Of a DNA stretch of 64,000 nt, positions 55,224 to 64,000 are shown piece after piece. Origin of the DNA: Candidatus Eiseniibacteriota bacterium (GTDB taxonomy: Bacteria > Eisenbacteria > RBG-16-71-46 > CAZAMP01). The position numbers and the translations under genes are program-made. Each line of letters begins with the position of its first letter. The first letter of the stretch is position 1. Under the pieces are notes generated by a model. It had not been told where the DNA came from and did no database searches. It was given only the letters and a program-made list of their open reading frames with translations. Location of the stretch: positions 480,001 to 544,000 of the forward strand of contig OZ245046.1 in assembly GCA_965224245.1 (NCBI GenBank), written 5' to 3'.

Positions 55224-55921
55224 TCGACATTCGCCGGGTGAGTCGCCGCTACCGCGAGCAGATCGCGGTCGCCGACGTGTCGCTGACGATACGGCCGGGA
55301 GAGTCCGTGGCGATCCTGGGCCACAACGGAGCGGGGAAGTCCACGCTCCTGCGCATGGTGGCCGGACTGACCCGTCCGACCACGGGCGAGGTCACGCTGG
55401 ACGGACGGTCACCGCGTGACCCCGCGCGGCGGGGGCGGCTGGGGCTTCTCGCGCACGAGAGCTTCCTCTACGACGCGCTCACCGCGCGGGAGAACCTGCG
55501 CCTGGTCGGTGCGTTGTACGGCCTCCGCGAGGTCGAGTCGCGAATCGACGACGTGCTCGACCAGGTCGGCATCGCGTGGGCGGCGGATCTGCCGGTCGGC
55601 GGCTACAGCCGCGGCATGGCCCAGCGGGCCGCCCTCGCGCGGGTGCTCCTGCCCGATCCGGACGTGCTTCTCCTCGACGAGCCGTTCGCCGGCCTCGATC
55701 ATGCGGCCGATCGCTTCCTGCGCGATCACATTCGCCGTCTGCGCGACCGCGGCAAGACGCTCCTGATGGTGACGCACGACCCGAACTCCGCCTGCGAGCT
55801 CGCCGGTCGGGCGGTCATCCTACGGCGCGGCACGATCGCGTCCGATCGGCCGATCGGGCCGGACGATGCCCGCGAGTTCGCCACGCACTACGTGGCCATT
55901 CTGACCGAGGGGCAGTCGTGA
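55220..55921 (+). CDS. ccmA: Heme exporter ABC ATPase CcmA
   Basis: GHNGAGKST, signature YSRGM, LLLDEP, VTH; precedes ccmB. Confidence 0.9.
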   Translation: MIDIRRVSRRYREQIAVADVSLTIRPGESVAILGHNGAGKSTLLRMVAGLTRPTTGEVTLDGRSPRDPARRGRLGLLAHESFLYDALTARENLRLVGALYGLREVESRIDDVLDQVGIAWAADLPVGGYSRGMAQRAALARVLLPDPDVLLLDEPFAGLDHAADRFLRDHIRRLRDRGKTLLMVTHDPNSACELAGRAVILRRGTIASDRPIGPDDAREFATHYVAILTEGQS

Positions 55922-56604
55922 GGGCGGGACTCGCCGCGCTCGCCGCGCTCGTGGTCAAGGACCTGCGCATCGAGCTCAGAACCAAGGACGTCCTGGTCGT
56001 GATGGCGCTGTTCGCGGTCATGACCGTCGTGCTGTTCCACTTCGCGTTCGACATCGGCCTCGACGAGGAGACGCGGCGCGCCGTGTCCTCGGGGATGTTC
56101 TGGCTGGCCATGGCGTTCTCCGGGGTGCTGGGGCTGTCGCGCTCGGTCGCGCTGGAGCGTCAGAACGAGACCCTCCGGGGGCTTCTGGTCGCGCCCGTGG
56201 ATCGCTCGATCATCTTCGCGGGGAAGCTCCTGGCGAACGTGATCTTCATGTTCGTGGTCGCGATCGTGACCTATCCGGTCCTGGGTACGCTTCTCGACCT
56301 GCCGTGGATGGCCACGTTTCCCGAGGTGCTGCTCGTGTTCGCGCTGGGGATCATCGGGTTCGCGGGACCAGGGACGCTGTTCGCGGCGGCCGGCATCGGG
56401 GCGCGGCTCCGGGATTCGGTGCTGCCGGTGATCCTGTTTCCGATCGTGTTGCCGGCGCTGATCGCCGGCATGGAGGCCACCGCGTCGCTCCTGTCGGGGA
56501 AGAGCTTGGCAGAGATCGGCGTTTGGCTCAGAATACTCGGCTCTTTCGACGTCATCTTCGTCGTTCTGGGCGTCCTACTCTTCGAGTTCACCGTCGACGA
56601 GTAA
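55918..56604 (+). CDS. ccmB: Heme exporter permease CcmB
   Basis: KDLRIELR, ERQNETLRGL, GKLLAN, LPVILFP; six TM. Confidence 0.92.
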   Translation: MRAGLAALAALVVKDLRIELRTKDVLVVMALFAVMTVVLFHFAFDIGLDEETRRAVSSGMFWLAMAFSGVLGLSRSVALERQNETLRGLLVAPVDRSIIFAGKLLANVIFMFVVAIVTYPVLGTLLDLPWMATFPEVLLVFALGIIGFAGPGTLFAAAGIGARLRDSVLPVILFPIVLPALIAGMEATASLLSGKSLAEIGVWLRILGSFDVIFVVLGVLLFEFTVDE

Positions 56605-56670
56605 TCACATCGACGCGAGCATTGCGGCGGTTCACGTTCGGGTCTCGCTACCGGCGATTGGAGTGTCTCG

Positions 56671-57357
56671 ATGTTGAGCAAGATCGGATGGGCCGTCGTC
56701 CTCGTGGTGCCGCTGTGGGCGCTGTACGCGGTGTTCATGCTCGTGCCCAACGAGGCCACGATGGGCGCGGTCCAGCGCATCTTCTACTTCCACGTGGCCA
56801 GCGCGTTCACCGCGTTCATCGCGTTCTTCGCGGTGATGGTCATGAGCATCGCGTATCTGCGCGGCGGCAACCCCAGCTGGGACCGCCGGGCGCTGGCCGC
56901 GGTCGAGGTCGGCGTGGTGTTCCTGACGATCGTGCTCGTCACCGGTCCCCTGTGGGCGAGGCCGGTCTGGGGGGCGTTCTGGGTCTGGCAGGACGCGCGT
57001 CTCGTGACGACGCTGATCCTGTGGATCTACTTCGTTCTGTACCTGTTTCTGCGGCGCTCGTGGCGCCACGACCCGAGCGGGCTCCGCTTCGCGGCCGTCA
57101 TGGCGATCATCGGGTTCGTGGACGTTCCCATCGTCTACTTTGCGGTGAAGTGGTGGAACTTCACGCACCCGGGGCACGTCATGGGGCCCGCGGGGGGCGG
57201 GCTGCACCCGGCGATGGCCAGAGCGATGCTGATCTCGTTTGCCGCCGTGTTCTCGATCGGCGTCGCGCTCTGGGTCCGGCGCGTGCGTCTGGAGCGACTG
57301 TCGGATCGGGTCGACGACCTCATCGATCGGGCTCAGGCCCGGCCACAGGGCGTCTGA
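56671..57357 (+). CDS. ccmC: Heme exporter CcmC
   Basis: QRIFYFHV, WWD motif WARPVWGAFWVWQDARL, THP. Confidence 0.92.
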   Translation: MLSKIGWAVVLVVPLWALYAVFMLVPNEATMGAVQRIFYFHVASAFTAFIAFFAVMVMSIAYLRGGNPSWDRRALAAVEVGVVFLTIVLVTGPLWARPVWGAFWVWQDARLVTTLILWIYFVLYLFLRRSWRHDPSGLRFAAVMAIIGFVDVPIVYFAVKWWNFTHPGHVMGPAGGGLHPAMARAMLISFAAVFSIGVALWVRRVRLERLSDRVDDLIDRAQARPQGV

Positions 57358-57385
57358 GGACGCCGTCGAGACGAAAGGAGTGGGC

Positions 57386-57565
57386 ATGGAGGCCGCCATC
57401 GACACGCTGGGTGCCGCCCAGCTCGAGACGATCCCCAAGTTCCCGTATCTGGTGGCCGCCTACGGGGCATTCTTCGTGATCCTGTTGATCTACGTGATCA
57501 CGCTCCAGCGACGCGAGCGAGACATCGCGCGGCGGGTGGAGGCACTGGAACGGCGACTCGACTGA
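57386..57565 (+). CDS. ccmD: CcmD-family small membrane protein
   Basis: YLVAAY..YV TM followed by a charged tail; follows ccmC; AAGGAG RBS. Confidence 0.75.
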   Translation: MEAAIDTLGAAQLETIPKFPYLVAAYGAFFVILLIYVITLQRRERDIARRVEALERRLD

Positions 57566-57597
57566 GCCCGGCGCCACGAGCGCTCCGAGGAGACACC

Positions 57598-58671
57598 GTG
57601 AACATCACCGATCGACTCATCCGGCTCGTCGAGATCCCGAGCGTGAGCGGCCATGAGGACGCGATCTGTTCCGAGATCACCGGCTGGTGCGAGGCGGCGA
57701 AGCCCACGTGGCGGCGCCGGCGTCTCGGCAACAACCTCATCGTCGGCCCGGTGCGCGGCGGGGGCGAGGCGTCGCGGCCGTTCATCGGCCTGATCGGCCA
57801 CGTCGACACCGTGCCGCCGCAGGGCAACGCACAGCCGAGCGTGGCCGACGGCGCGGTGTACGGACTGGGATCGTGCGACATGAAGGGCGGCATCGCGGTG
57901 ATGGTCGATCTGATGACGAGCCTTCCCGCCGACGGCCTGCCGGTCGACCTGCTCCTGGTGTTCTACGACAAGGAAGAGGTGGCCTACGACGAGAACGGAC
58001 TGGGACGCGTCCTAGAGGAGATCCCGGAGGTGCGCGAGCTCGACTTCGCCTTCGTGCTCGAGCCCTCGGCCACCGAGTTCGAGGTGGGGTGCAACGGCCA
58101 CGTGAACCTGGAGGTCACGTTCCGCGGAACCGCCGCCCACAGCGCGCGCCCCTGGCTCGGCGACAATGCGGTCCACAACGCGGGCGCGTTCATCGATCGG
58201 ATCCACCGGATCGAGCCGCTTCCGGTCCGGGTCGGCGGCGCCATCTACCGCGAGACGGTCGCCATCACGCTGGCCCGCGGCGGCGCGGCCCGAAACGTCG
58301 TGCCCGATCGGTTCATGGTCAACGTGAATCACCGCTTCCCACCCGGCCGCACCGTGGAGGAGGCGGTCGCCTACCTGACGGGGCTGGTGCCCGAGGGGGC
58401 CGACGCGGTGGTCGTGGACAGCGCCGCCCCGGGAGGGGTTCCGGTGGGCAACCCGGTCTACAACGCATTTCGGGCCCGGTTCTCGCCGGCCATCCACGCC
58501 AAGCAGGGCTGGACCGACGTGGCGCGACTCTCGGAGGCCGGCGTGGATGCCGTCAATTACGGTCCCGGGCATCCCGAGCTGGCCCATCGCGCGGACGAGC
58601 ACTGTCCGATCAAGGAGCTGGAGTTCTGCCGCGACCGACTCCGTGAGTTTCTGACCACCTACGATGGGTGA
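57598..58671 (+). CDS. dapE: Succinyl-diaminopimelate desuccinylase (actinobacterial-type)
   Basis: GHVDTVP, GSCDMKGG, KEE, AHSARPWLGDNA, GWTDVAR, LAHRADE. Confidence 0.9.
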   Translation: MNITDRLIRLVEIPSVSGHEDAICSEITGWCEAAKPTWRRRRLGNNLIVGPVRGGGEASRPFIGLIGHVDTVPPQGNAQPSVADGAVYGLGSCDMKGGIAVMVDLMTSLPADGLPVDLLLVFYDKEEVAYDENGLGRVLEEIPEVRELDFAFVLEPSATEFEVGCNGHVNLEVTFRGTAAHSARPWLGDNAVHNAGAFIDRIHRIEPLPVRVGGAIYRETVAITLARGGAARNVVPDRFMVNVNHRFPPGRTVEEAVAYLTGLVPEGADAVVVDSAAPGGVPVGNPVYNAFRARFSPAIHAKQGWTDVARLSEAGVDAVNYGPGHPELAHRADEHCPIKELEFCRDRLREFLTTYDG

Positions 58672-58674
58672 CCC

Positions 58675-59496
58675 ATGACCCACGATGCGCTCGAGTCCAT
58701 CATCACCGCCGCCTGGGCCGACCCCACGGCGCGCCGGTCACCCGAGGTCGTGGAGGCCGTCGAGGCGACGATCGCCGAGCTCGACGCCGGGCGCGTGCGC
58801 GTGGCCGAGCCCGCGGGCGAGGACTGGCGGGTCAACACGTGGGTCAAGGAGGCCGTGTTGATGTACTTCCCGCTCCGCGGCATGACCCGGAGCGAGGCCG
58901 GCCCGTTCGAGTACTGGGACAAGATCCCGCTGAAGACGGGCTACGAGGCCCTGGGCGTGCGCGTGGTCCCGCCGGCGGTGGCCCGCTACGGCGCGTTCCT
59001 GGCTCCCGGCGTGGTGATGATGCCCTCCTACGTCAACATCGGCGCCCACGTGGGCGAGCGTACAATGGTCGACACGTGGGCCACCGTCGGCTCCTGCGCG
59101 CAGATCGGCGCGGACGTCCACCTCTCCGGCGGGGTCGGGATCGGCGGTGTGCTGGAGCCGGTGCAGGCCGCTCCGGTGATCATCGAGGACGGCGCGTTCA
59201 TCGGGAGCCGCTCCATCATCGTCGAGGGCGTTCGCATCGGCCGTGAGGCCATCGTCGCCGCGGGCACCACGCTGAAGGGCTCGACGACGATCCTCGACGT
59301 GACCGGCCCGACGCCGCGCGAGACGCGGGGCGTCGTGCCCCCGCGGGCGGTCGTCATGCCGGGCAGCGTCCCCAAGACGTTCGCCGCGGGTGTCTATCAC
59401 GTGCCCTGTGCGCTGGTCATCGGCCAGCGGCGCGAGTCGAACGATCGCAAGACGTCGCTGAACGCCGCGCTGCGTGAGTTCGACGTGTCCGTCTGA
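58675..59496 (+). CDS. dapD: Tetrahydrodipicolinate N-succinyltransferase
   Basis: RVVPPAVAR, MPSYVNIGA..TMVDTWATVGSCAQIG..HLSGGVGIGGVLEP. Confidence 0.96.
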   Translation: MTHDALESIITAAWADPTARRSPEVVEAVEATIAELDAGRVRVAEPAGEDWRVNTWVKEAVLMYFPLRGMTRSEAGPFEYWDKIPLKTGYEALGVRVVPPAVARYGAFLAPGVVMMPSYVNIGAHVGERTMVDTWATVGSCAQIGADVHLSGGVGIGGVLEPVQAAPVIIEDGAFIGSRSIIVEGVRIGREAIVAAGTTLKGSTTILDVTGPTPRETRGVVPPRAVVMPGSVPKTFAAGVYHVPCALVIGQRRESNDRKTSLNAALREFDVSV

Positions 59497-59506
59497 GGGG
59501 CGGAGC

Positions 59507-60358
59507 GTGCCCGCCGACTCCGGCACGCGACGCGTCGTCAAGCGCCTGCTCGCGCCGCTCGCGAACGGTCGTGTCTACGGACTCATCCAGTCCGGCGTGG
59601 TCGCGCTGGATCTGTCGCGCGGACGGATCGTCCAGCGGGAGCTCGACGTGGTCGATCGTGTGCTCCGGCCGGGCAACGTCGCGATCGACGTGGGGGCGAA
59701 CTTCGGTGTCTACACCGACCGCATGTCCCGTGCCGTGGGGCCTCGGGGGCGGGTTCATGCCTTCGAGCCGATCGCGTACACCCGCACGGTGCTCCGAAAC
59801 GTCTGCCGGCTTCGCCGGCTCGGCAACGTGACCGTGCACCCGGTGGGGGTCGGAGATCGGCGCGGCGAGGTGGAGTTCGTCGTTCCGCGCCAGCGGACCG
59901 GAGCGATCGTGGCGAGTCTGGCCCACATGGCGGAACGGGACGATGCCTCGGGGCCGGTCGATCGCTCCCCGCGCGATGCGAGCGCCCAGCGACTCACCGT
60001 CGAGGTGGTGACGCTCGACGACGAGATGCCGGCGTCGGCGACACCGGCGCTGCTGAAGATCGACGTGGAGGGCGCCGAGACGTCCGTCGTTCGCGGCGCC
60101 GAGCGCGTGTTGACCCGGGCGACGCCCACGATCATCTGCGAGATCAGCAGCTGGGCGCTCCAGGGCTTCGGGTCGTCGCCTCGTGAGCTGATCGGCGTCC
60201 TCGGGGATCTCGGGTACGAGATGTACCGGTGTGAAGACGGCGGACTCACGCGCGCCGACGTCGACGAATCGCGCACCCGGAACTACGTGTTCGTGCACCG
60301 ATCGCGGGCGTCGGACGTGATCGCCGCGATGGAGCGCGAGCGGAACGGCGGCCGGTGA
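59507..60358 (+). CDS. FkbM-family methyltransferase
   Basis: IDVGANFG, HAFEP, LLKIDVEGAE. Confidence 0.9.
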   Translation: MPADSGTRRVVKRLLAPLANGRVYGLIQSGVVALDLSRGRIVQRELDVVDRVLRPGNVAIDVGANFGVYTDRMSRAVGPRGRVHAFEPIAYTRTVLRNVCRLRRLGNVTVHPVGVGDRRGEVEFVVPRQRTGAIVASLAHMAERDDASGPVDRSPRDASAQRLTVEVVTLDDEMPASATPALLKIDVEGAETSVVRGAERVLTRATPTIICEISSWALQGFGSSPRELIGVLGDLGYEMYRCEDGGLTRADVDESRTRNYVFVHRSRASDVIAAMERERNGGR

Positions 60359-60380
60359 GCGGTCACCGCCGCGGTCGGTT

Positions 60381-61202
60381 TCAGAGGGCGCGGGTGGCGG
60401 TGAACCGCGTGACGAGAATCCCCGAGAAGGTCTCGACGCGGGACAGATACGTTCCGAGCGCCACCGAGACCACGCGGCCGCCGGCGTACTCCCCGGGCAG
60501 ATCGCGCGACGCGGCGTGAATCAGCATCGGCGTTCCGTGGGCCGCGTCCACGACCCCGATGTGGCCAACGAGGGCGCCGTTCTCCGACCGGAGTCGGGCC
60601 CCGGCCGGCGACTCCGGGTCGACGACGAAGTACACGATGTCCCCCGTGCGCAGCCGTCCACTCTCGACCCGGGATCGAGGCACGACCGCGACCTCGCCGT
60701 TCGGGATCCGGGAGGACCCGGGATCGGGGCGAGGGCTTCCCACCCGCGACGTGACGTCGATGCCGTACGCTCCCCCGCGCACCATGTCGATGCCGAACCG
60801 GACCCGTTTCGGGTGGTCGTAATCGACGTGCCCGGACCGGCAGGCCTCGCTCGGTGACACGCCCGGAAACCGGCGCCGGAACGCGTCGGCGATCGCCTCG
60901 CGCGGACCGGACGCGTGCGCCAGCTCGACCACCCGGGTCGTCAGAAGCATGCAGTCGGTGCGGACGTCGTCGACCAGGCGTCCCTCGCTGACGTAGCCGC
61001 CCGGGTCGTCTCCGAAGTGGTAGACGGCGTCACCTCGCTCGAGAAAGAAGCGCGCCCAGTACGCGACCCGCTCGGGGAGGGGCCGGGCGCGCACGCGGCC
61101 GAACCCGGCCGAGAGCGCCGCCTGGGGCGTCGCGTGCTCGCGGAGGTTCCGCTCGATCACGTCGTCCGGGAGCGCCGGAAGATCGGTCGGGCGCGCGATC
61201 AC
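60381..61202 (-). CDS. DUF1460 / NlpC-P60-like N-acetylmuramoyl-L-alanine amidase-like protein
   Basis: Catalytic-like TDCM, GDIVYF, VGHIGV, LIHAAS, GILVTRF; GTGA overlap with the upstream gene. Confidence 0.65.
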   Translation of the reverse strand: MIARPTDLPALPDDVIERNLREHATPQAALSAGFGRVRARPLPERVAYWARFFLERGDAVYHFGDDPGGYVSEGRLVDDVRTDCMLLTTRVVELAHASGPREAIADAFRRRFPGVSPSEACRSGHVDYDHPKRVRFGIDMVRGGAYGIDVTSRVGSPRPDPGSSRIPNGEVAVVPRSRVESGRLRTGDIVYFVVDPESPAGARLRSENGALVGHIGVVDAAHGTPMLIHAASRDLPGEYAGGRVVSVALGTYLSRVETFSGILVTRFTATRAL

Positions 61203-62269
61203 GCGGTGTCCGCCCGCGCGATCTCGGGGAACGGTTCGCGGCGGGCGCCGCACAGGACGACGAGGTCACGACCCTCTGTGCGGCGATCCCGGGCCCGGGT
61301 CTCACGCCAGCCGGCCACGGCCAGGGCGGCGGCCGGATCCACCTCGTACCCGACGTCCTCCAGCACATCGTTCGCCCGCGCGATCTCCGTCTCGGCCATC
61401 CGGTGCATCGCACCGCCGGTAGCCCGGACCGACACCTCGACCTCGCTGGCGCGGACGGGGTTCACCGAGCCGGCCCCGACGGCCACCGTGGTCGCGGGAT
61501 CGGCCGGTCGCACGGCATGAAGGGCCGGCGACCGCGTCAGCAGACCCGATGCCACGAGGGCCCGGAATCCGTGAAAGAGGCCCAGCAGCAGCGTGCCCTG
61601 TCCGACCGCGAGAAAGATGCGATCCGGGAGCGGATCGAGCTGCTCGGCGATCTCGAACGCGCACGTCGCGGTGCCGATCTGAAACGTCGGCTGGTAGATG
61701 TGGCTCAGGTACAGCGCATCTCGCGCGGCCGCTCGCGCGACCTTGCCCGACTCGGCCCGGGGACCGGCGACGAGGTGCACGTGGCCCCCCAGCGACTCCA
61801 GCATGCGGACGCGCTGGGGGGACGTGAAGAGAGGCGCGAACACGTGAGCCTTCAGCGATCGTGCCCGTGCGTAGGCGGCCAGCGCGGCGGCCGTGTTGCC
61901 GACCGAGTCGACGTGGACCGCGCTCGCGTCCGGCGCCAAGTTGGCCAGAACGGCCATGCCGCGATCCTTGAAGGACCCGGTCGCGTTGCGGTTCTCCTCC
62001 TTCAATCGAACCGGGTGCCCGAAGAGCGTACACCTGGAGATCGAGGTCCAGCCGGTGCCCAGGACGTCGGCGTCGTCGCGCATCGGGAGTAGTCGGCGGT
62101 AGCGTGAGAGATCGGGTCGCGACGCGTCGACGAGATCTCGCCGGTACCGGAGCCCGGCCGGGGCGAAGAGACCTCCGCAGCGGGGGCAGCACCAGTCCGA
62201 CAGCGATCGCTGCGCGTCTCCGCAGCCCCGACAGCGTGTGAAGGGAGAGAAGTCCACGGGTTTCGACAT
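61199..62269 (-). CDS. Threonine synthase-like PLP (fold type II) enzyme
   Basis: N-terminal CRGC..CPRC, NATGSFKDRG, DSVGNTA, VGQGTLLLG. Confidence 0.8.
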   Translation of the reverse strand: MSKPVDFSPFTRCRGCGDAQRSLSDWCCPRCGGLFAPAGLRYRRDLVDASRPDLSRYRRLLPMRDDADVLGTGWTSISRCTLFGHPVRLKEENRNATGSFKDRGMAVLANLAPDASAVHVDSVGNTAAALAAYARARSLKAHVFAPLFTSPQRVRMLESLGGHVHLVAGPRAESGKVARAAARDALYLSHIYQPTFQIGTATCAFEIAEQLDPLPDRIFLAVGQGTLLLGLFHGFRALVASGLLTRSPALHAVRPADPATTVAVGAGSVNPVRASEVEVSVRATGGAMHRMAETEIARANDVLEDVGYEVDPAAALAVAGWRETRARDRRTEGRDLVVLCGARREPFPEIARADTA

Positions 62270-62324
62270 CGGATGATGATCGACGGTTCGGGGGCGAGGC
62301 GTCAACCGGTGACGTGCCGGGGGC

Positions 62325-63539
62325 TCATGACCCGGGGGCGGTGGCGCGTCGCGCCGGAGAGCTCGGGACGAGGCGCCCCACGAGGTCCACGAGCGCGGTC
62401 CGGTCGCGCTCCCAGTTGTACCGGGACGCCACCCGAACCGCGGCCATGCTGCCGAGCGAACGGCGTCGCGCCGGGTCCGCGAGCTCCCGCATCGCGCGGG
62501 CCGCGTCGGCCGGGTCTCCGGACGCGAACACGAGCCCGACCGGACCGTCGCCTGCGACCCGGGCCAGGGGCGCGCAGTCGCTGACCAGCACCGGCCGACC
62601 CATCGCCATGTAGAGAAAGAGCTTGTGCGGGATGGTGGTCTCGGTGTGCGGGGATCTTCGGTGAGGGACGAGCCCGACGTGGCACGCGCCGATCTCCTCG
62701 GCAACCTGCGCCTTCGGCACCCACGGATGCACGGACACGATCGCGCCCACGCTCCGCTCGCGCACCCGCCGCTCGATCTCAGCGCGCGTGTTCCCGTCCC
62801 CGACGAGACGGATCCGGATGGAGCCGTCGGTCGGCAGGTGCGTCGCCGCATCCACGATCGTGTCCAGGCCCCGATGCGGGCCGAAGCCTCCGATGTAGAG
62901 AAACGTGACCGGACCGTCCTCGTCCACGGGTCTCGCCGTCACGTCGTGTCCGAAGTCGACACGATCGGTGTTGGAGACGACGGTCACCCTCGTCGGGTCG
63001 ACCCCGTGGCGCGCGATCGCCGCGCGGGCCTCGTCGACCACGACGACCACGCCGTCGGCCGCACGGCAGACGTCTCGCTCGTATCGCTCCCAGTGGTCGG
63101 CGTCGTAGAGCCACCGTGCGAGGGGATTGCCGAGCAGGCCCCACTCGCGGATCGCCGCGGGGAACATCTCGTGCAGATCCACGATCGAGGGGCGCCCGGC
63201 GCGCCGGGCGATCGAGACGGCCGGACCGGCGATCGGCAGGTCGTGCGCGTGGAGGAGGTCGGGCCGCACGTCCGAGACGAAGCGCGAGATCCATCGCCGC
63301 CACAGCGTCCCGTAGATCGGCGTGCGTACGATCGTCGGGTGGAGCTTCCGGTGGAGCGTTCTCGGAAAGCGGACGCGATGCACCGTGAGCGGTCCCACGC
63401 GCTCGCGCCGGTGGCGATCCCCGAACTCCAGTGCGAGCAGGTGAACGTCGTGTCCCGCGTGCCGGAGCGCGGAGGCTTCCTTCTCCACGCGCAGATCGTC
63501 GGGGTAGTCGTTCTCCAGCACCATGCCGATCGTGGCCAT
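62325..63539 (-). CDS. Glycosyltransferase family 4
   Basis: DLRVEKEA, HAHDL, DLHE, YIGG..RGL, PHKLFLYMAMGRPV, YNWE. Confidence 0.9.
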   Translation of the reverse strand: MATIGMVLENDYPDDLRVEKEASALRHAGHDVHLLALEFGDRHRRERVGPLTVHRVRFPRTLHRKLHPTIVRTPIYGTLWRRWISRFVSDVRPDLLHAHDLPIAGPAVSIARRAGRPSIVDLHEMFPAAIREWGLLGNPLARWLYDADHWERYERDVCRAADGVVVVVDEARAAIARHGVDPTRVTVVSNTDRVDFGHDVTARPVDEDGPVTFLYIGGFGPHRGLDTIVDAATHLPTDGSIRIRLVGDGNTRAEIERRVRERSVGAIVSVHPWVPKAQVAEEIGACHVGLVPHRRSPHTETTIPHKLFLYMAMGRPVLVSDCAPLARVAGDGPVGLVFASGDPADAARAMRELADPARRRSLGSMAAVRVASRYNWERDRTALVDLVGRLVPSSPARRATAPGS

Positions 63540-63623
63540 CAGGTCCCCGCCCGGTCCGTTGATGCCGCGGCGCGTCGCGCCGCCGCGGCGGCGCCGTCGA
63601 TTGCGTGCCCGCTCACGTCGCGG

Positions 63624-64000
63624 CTACACGTGAATGGCGCGACCGCCCACGGCGAGCGCGGCCTCCTTGACGACCTCGGCCAGCGTGGGGTGCGCGTGCG
63701 ACGAGCGGGCCACGTCCTCGGCCGACGCCCCGAACTCGATCGCCACCGCTGCCTCGGCGATGAGATCTCCGGCCCGTGCCCCCAGGATGTGCACACCGAG
63801 GATGCGATCGGTCTCGGCATCGGCCAGGATCTTGACGCGTCCCTCGGTGTGACCGATCGCTCGCGCACGACCGTTCGCCAGGAACGGGAAAGCGCCCTTC
63901 TTGAACGCCACGCCGGCGTCGGTGAGGGCTTCCTCGGTCTTTCCGACCGATGCGACCTCGGGCATCGTGTAGACGATGCTGGGGATCGCGTCGTAGTTGA
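63624..64000 (-). CDS. lpdA: Dihydrolipoyl dehydrogenase, C-terminal part (5' end outside window)
   Basis: [37 protein letters not shown]. Confidence 0.93.
   Translation of the reverse strand, partial: NYDAIPSIVYTMPEVASVGKTEEALTDAGVAFKKGAFPFLANGRARAIGHTEGRVKILADAETDRILGVHILGARAGDLIAEAAVAIEFGASAEDVARSSHAHPTLAEVVKEAALAVGGRAIHV

Noticed and set aside
63539-63868. 109 aa ORF between lpdA and the glycosyltransferase
   Set aside because: Mostly overlaps lpdA in another frame and has no motifs.

Overview
A 64 kb, high-GC (about 70% by eye) core-chromosome region of a diderm bacterium. Gene content suggests an FCB-related lineage such as Ca. Eisenbacteria, Krumholzibacteria or Latescibacterota; this is inference from the FlgD-Ig/T9SS-like C-terminal domain, the folB-folK-dNK-panB-panC-GlmU(N)-LytR_C operon and a lipoprotein plus FadL/PorV-like barrel pair. 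It holds about 57 CDSs and one tRNA-Gln(UUG). Order: alaS (3' part), rfbD, gmhA, UbiA prenyltransferase, DTW protein, ispE, tRNA-Gln, prs, rplY, pth, rpsF, rpsR, rplI, PPIase, DUF151 nuclease, tonB, a divergent EF-G paralogue, selA, a P-loop/TM/SPOR protein, smc, tatC, coaX, lipoprotein plus barrel, folate/pantothenate operon, S8 peptidase, small OMP, ppiD-like, trkA, two CNNM proteins, mrp, a sigma54 two-component pair, dnaE, PHP, a System I*-type ccm operon, dapE, dapD, FkbM, DUF1460 amidase, thrC-like, GT4 and lpdA (3' part). I found no mobile element, CRISPR array or rRNA. The most notable observations are: (1) a predicted small sigma54 regulon, with two -24/-12 promoters sharing a GTNGC-N6-GCNAC upstream palindrome array, linking an NtrC-type regulator to an outer-membrane barrel gene; (2) a pseudo-BY-kinase/TM/SPOR protein encoded directly before an SMC that carries a ~110 aa insertion; (3) a ~210 nt symmetric structured RNA candidate upstream of tRNA-Gln; (4) a ccm operon with CxxxY-type CcmE and two CcmI-motif accessory proteins in place of CcmG/H; (5) an acidic all-beta lipoprotein coupled to a FadL/PorV-like barrel; (6) four sigma70-like promoters that all have an 18 bp spacer, one implying leaderless selA.
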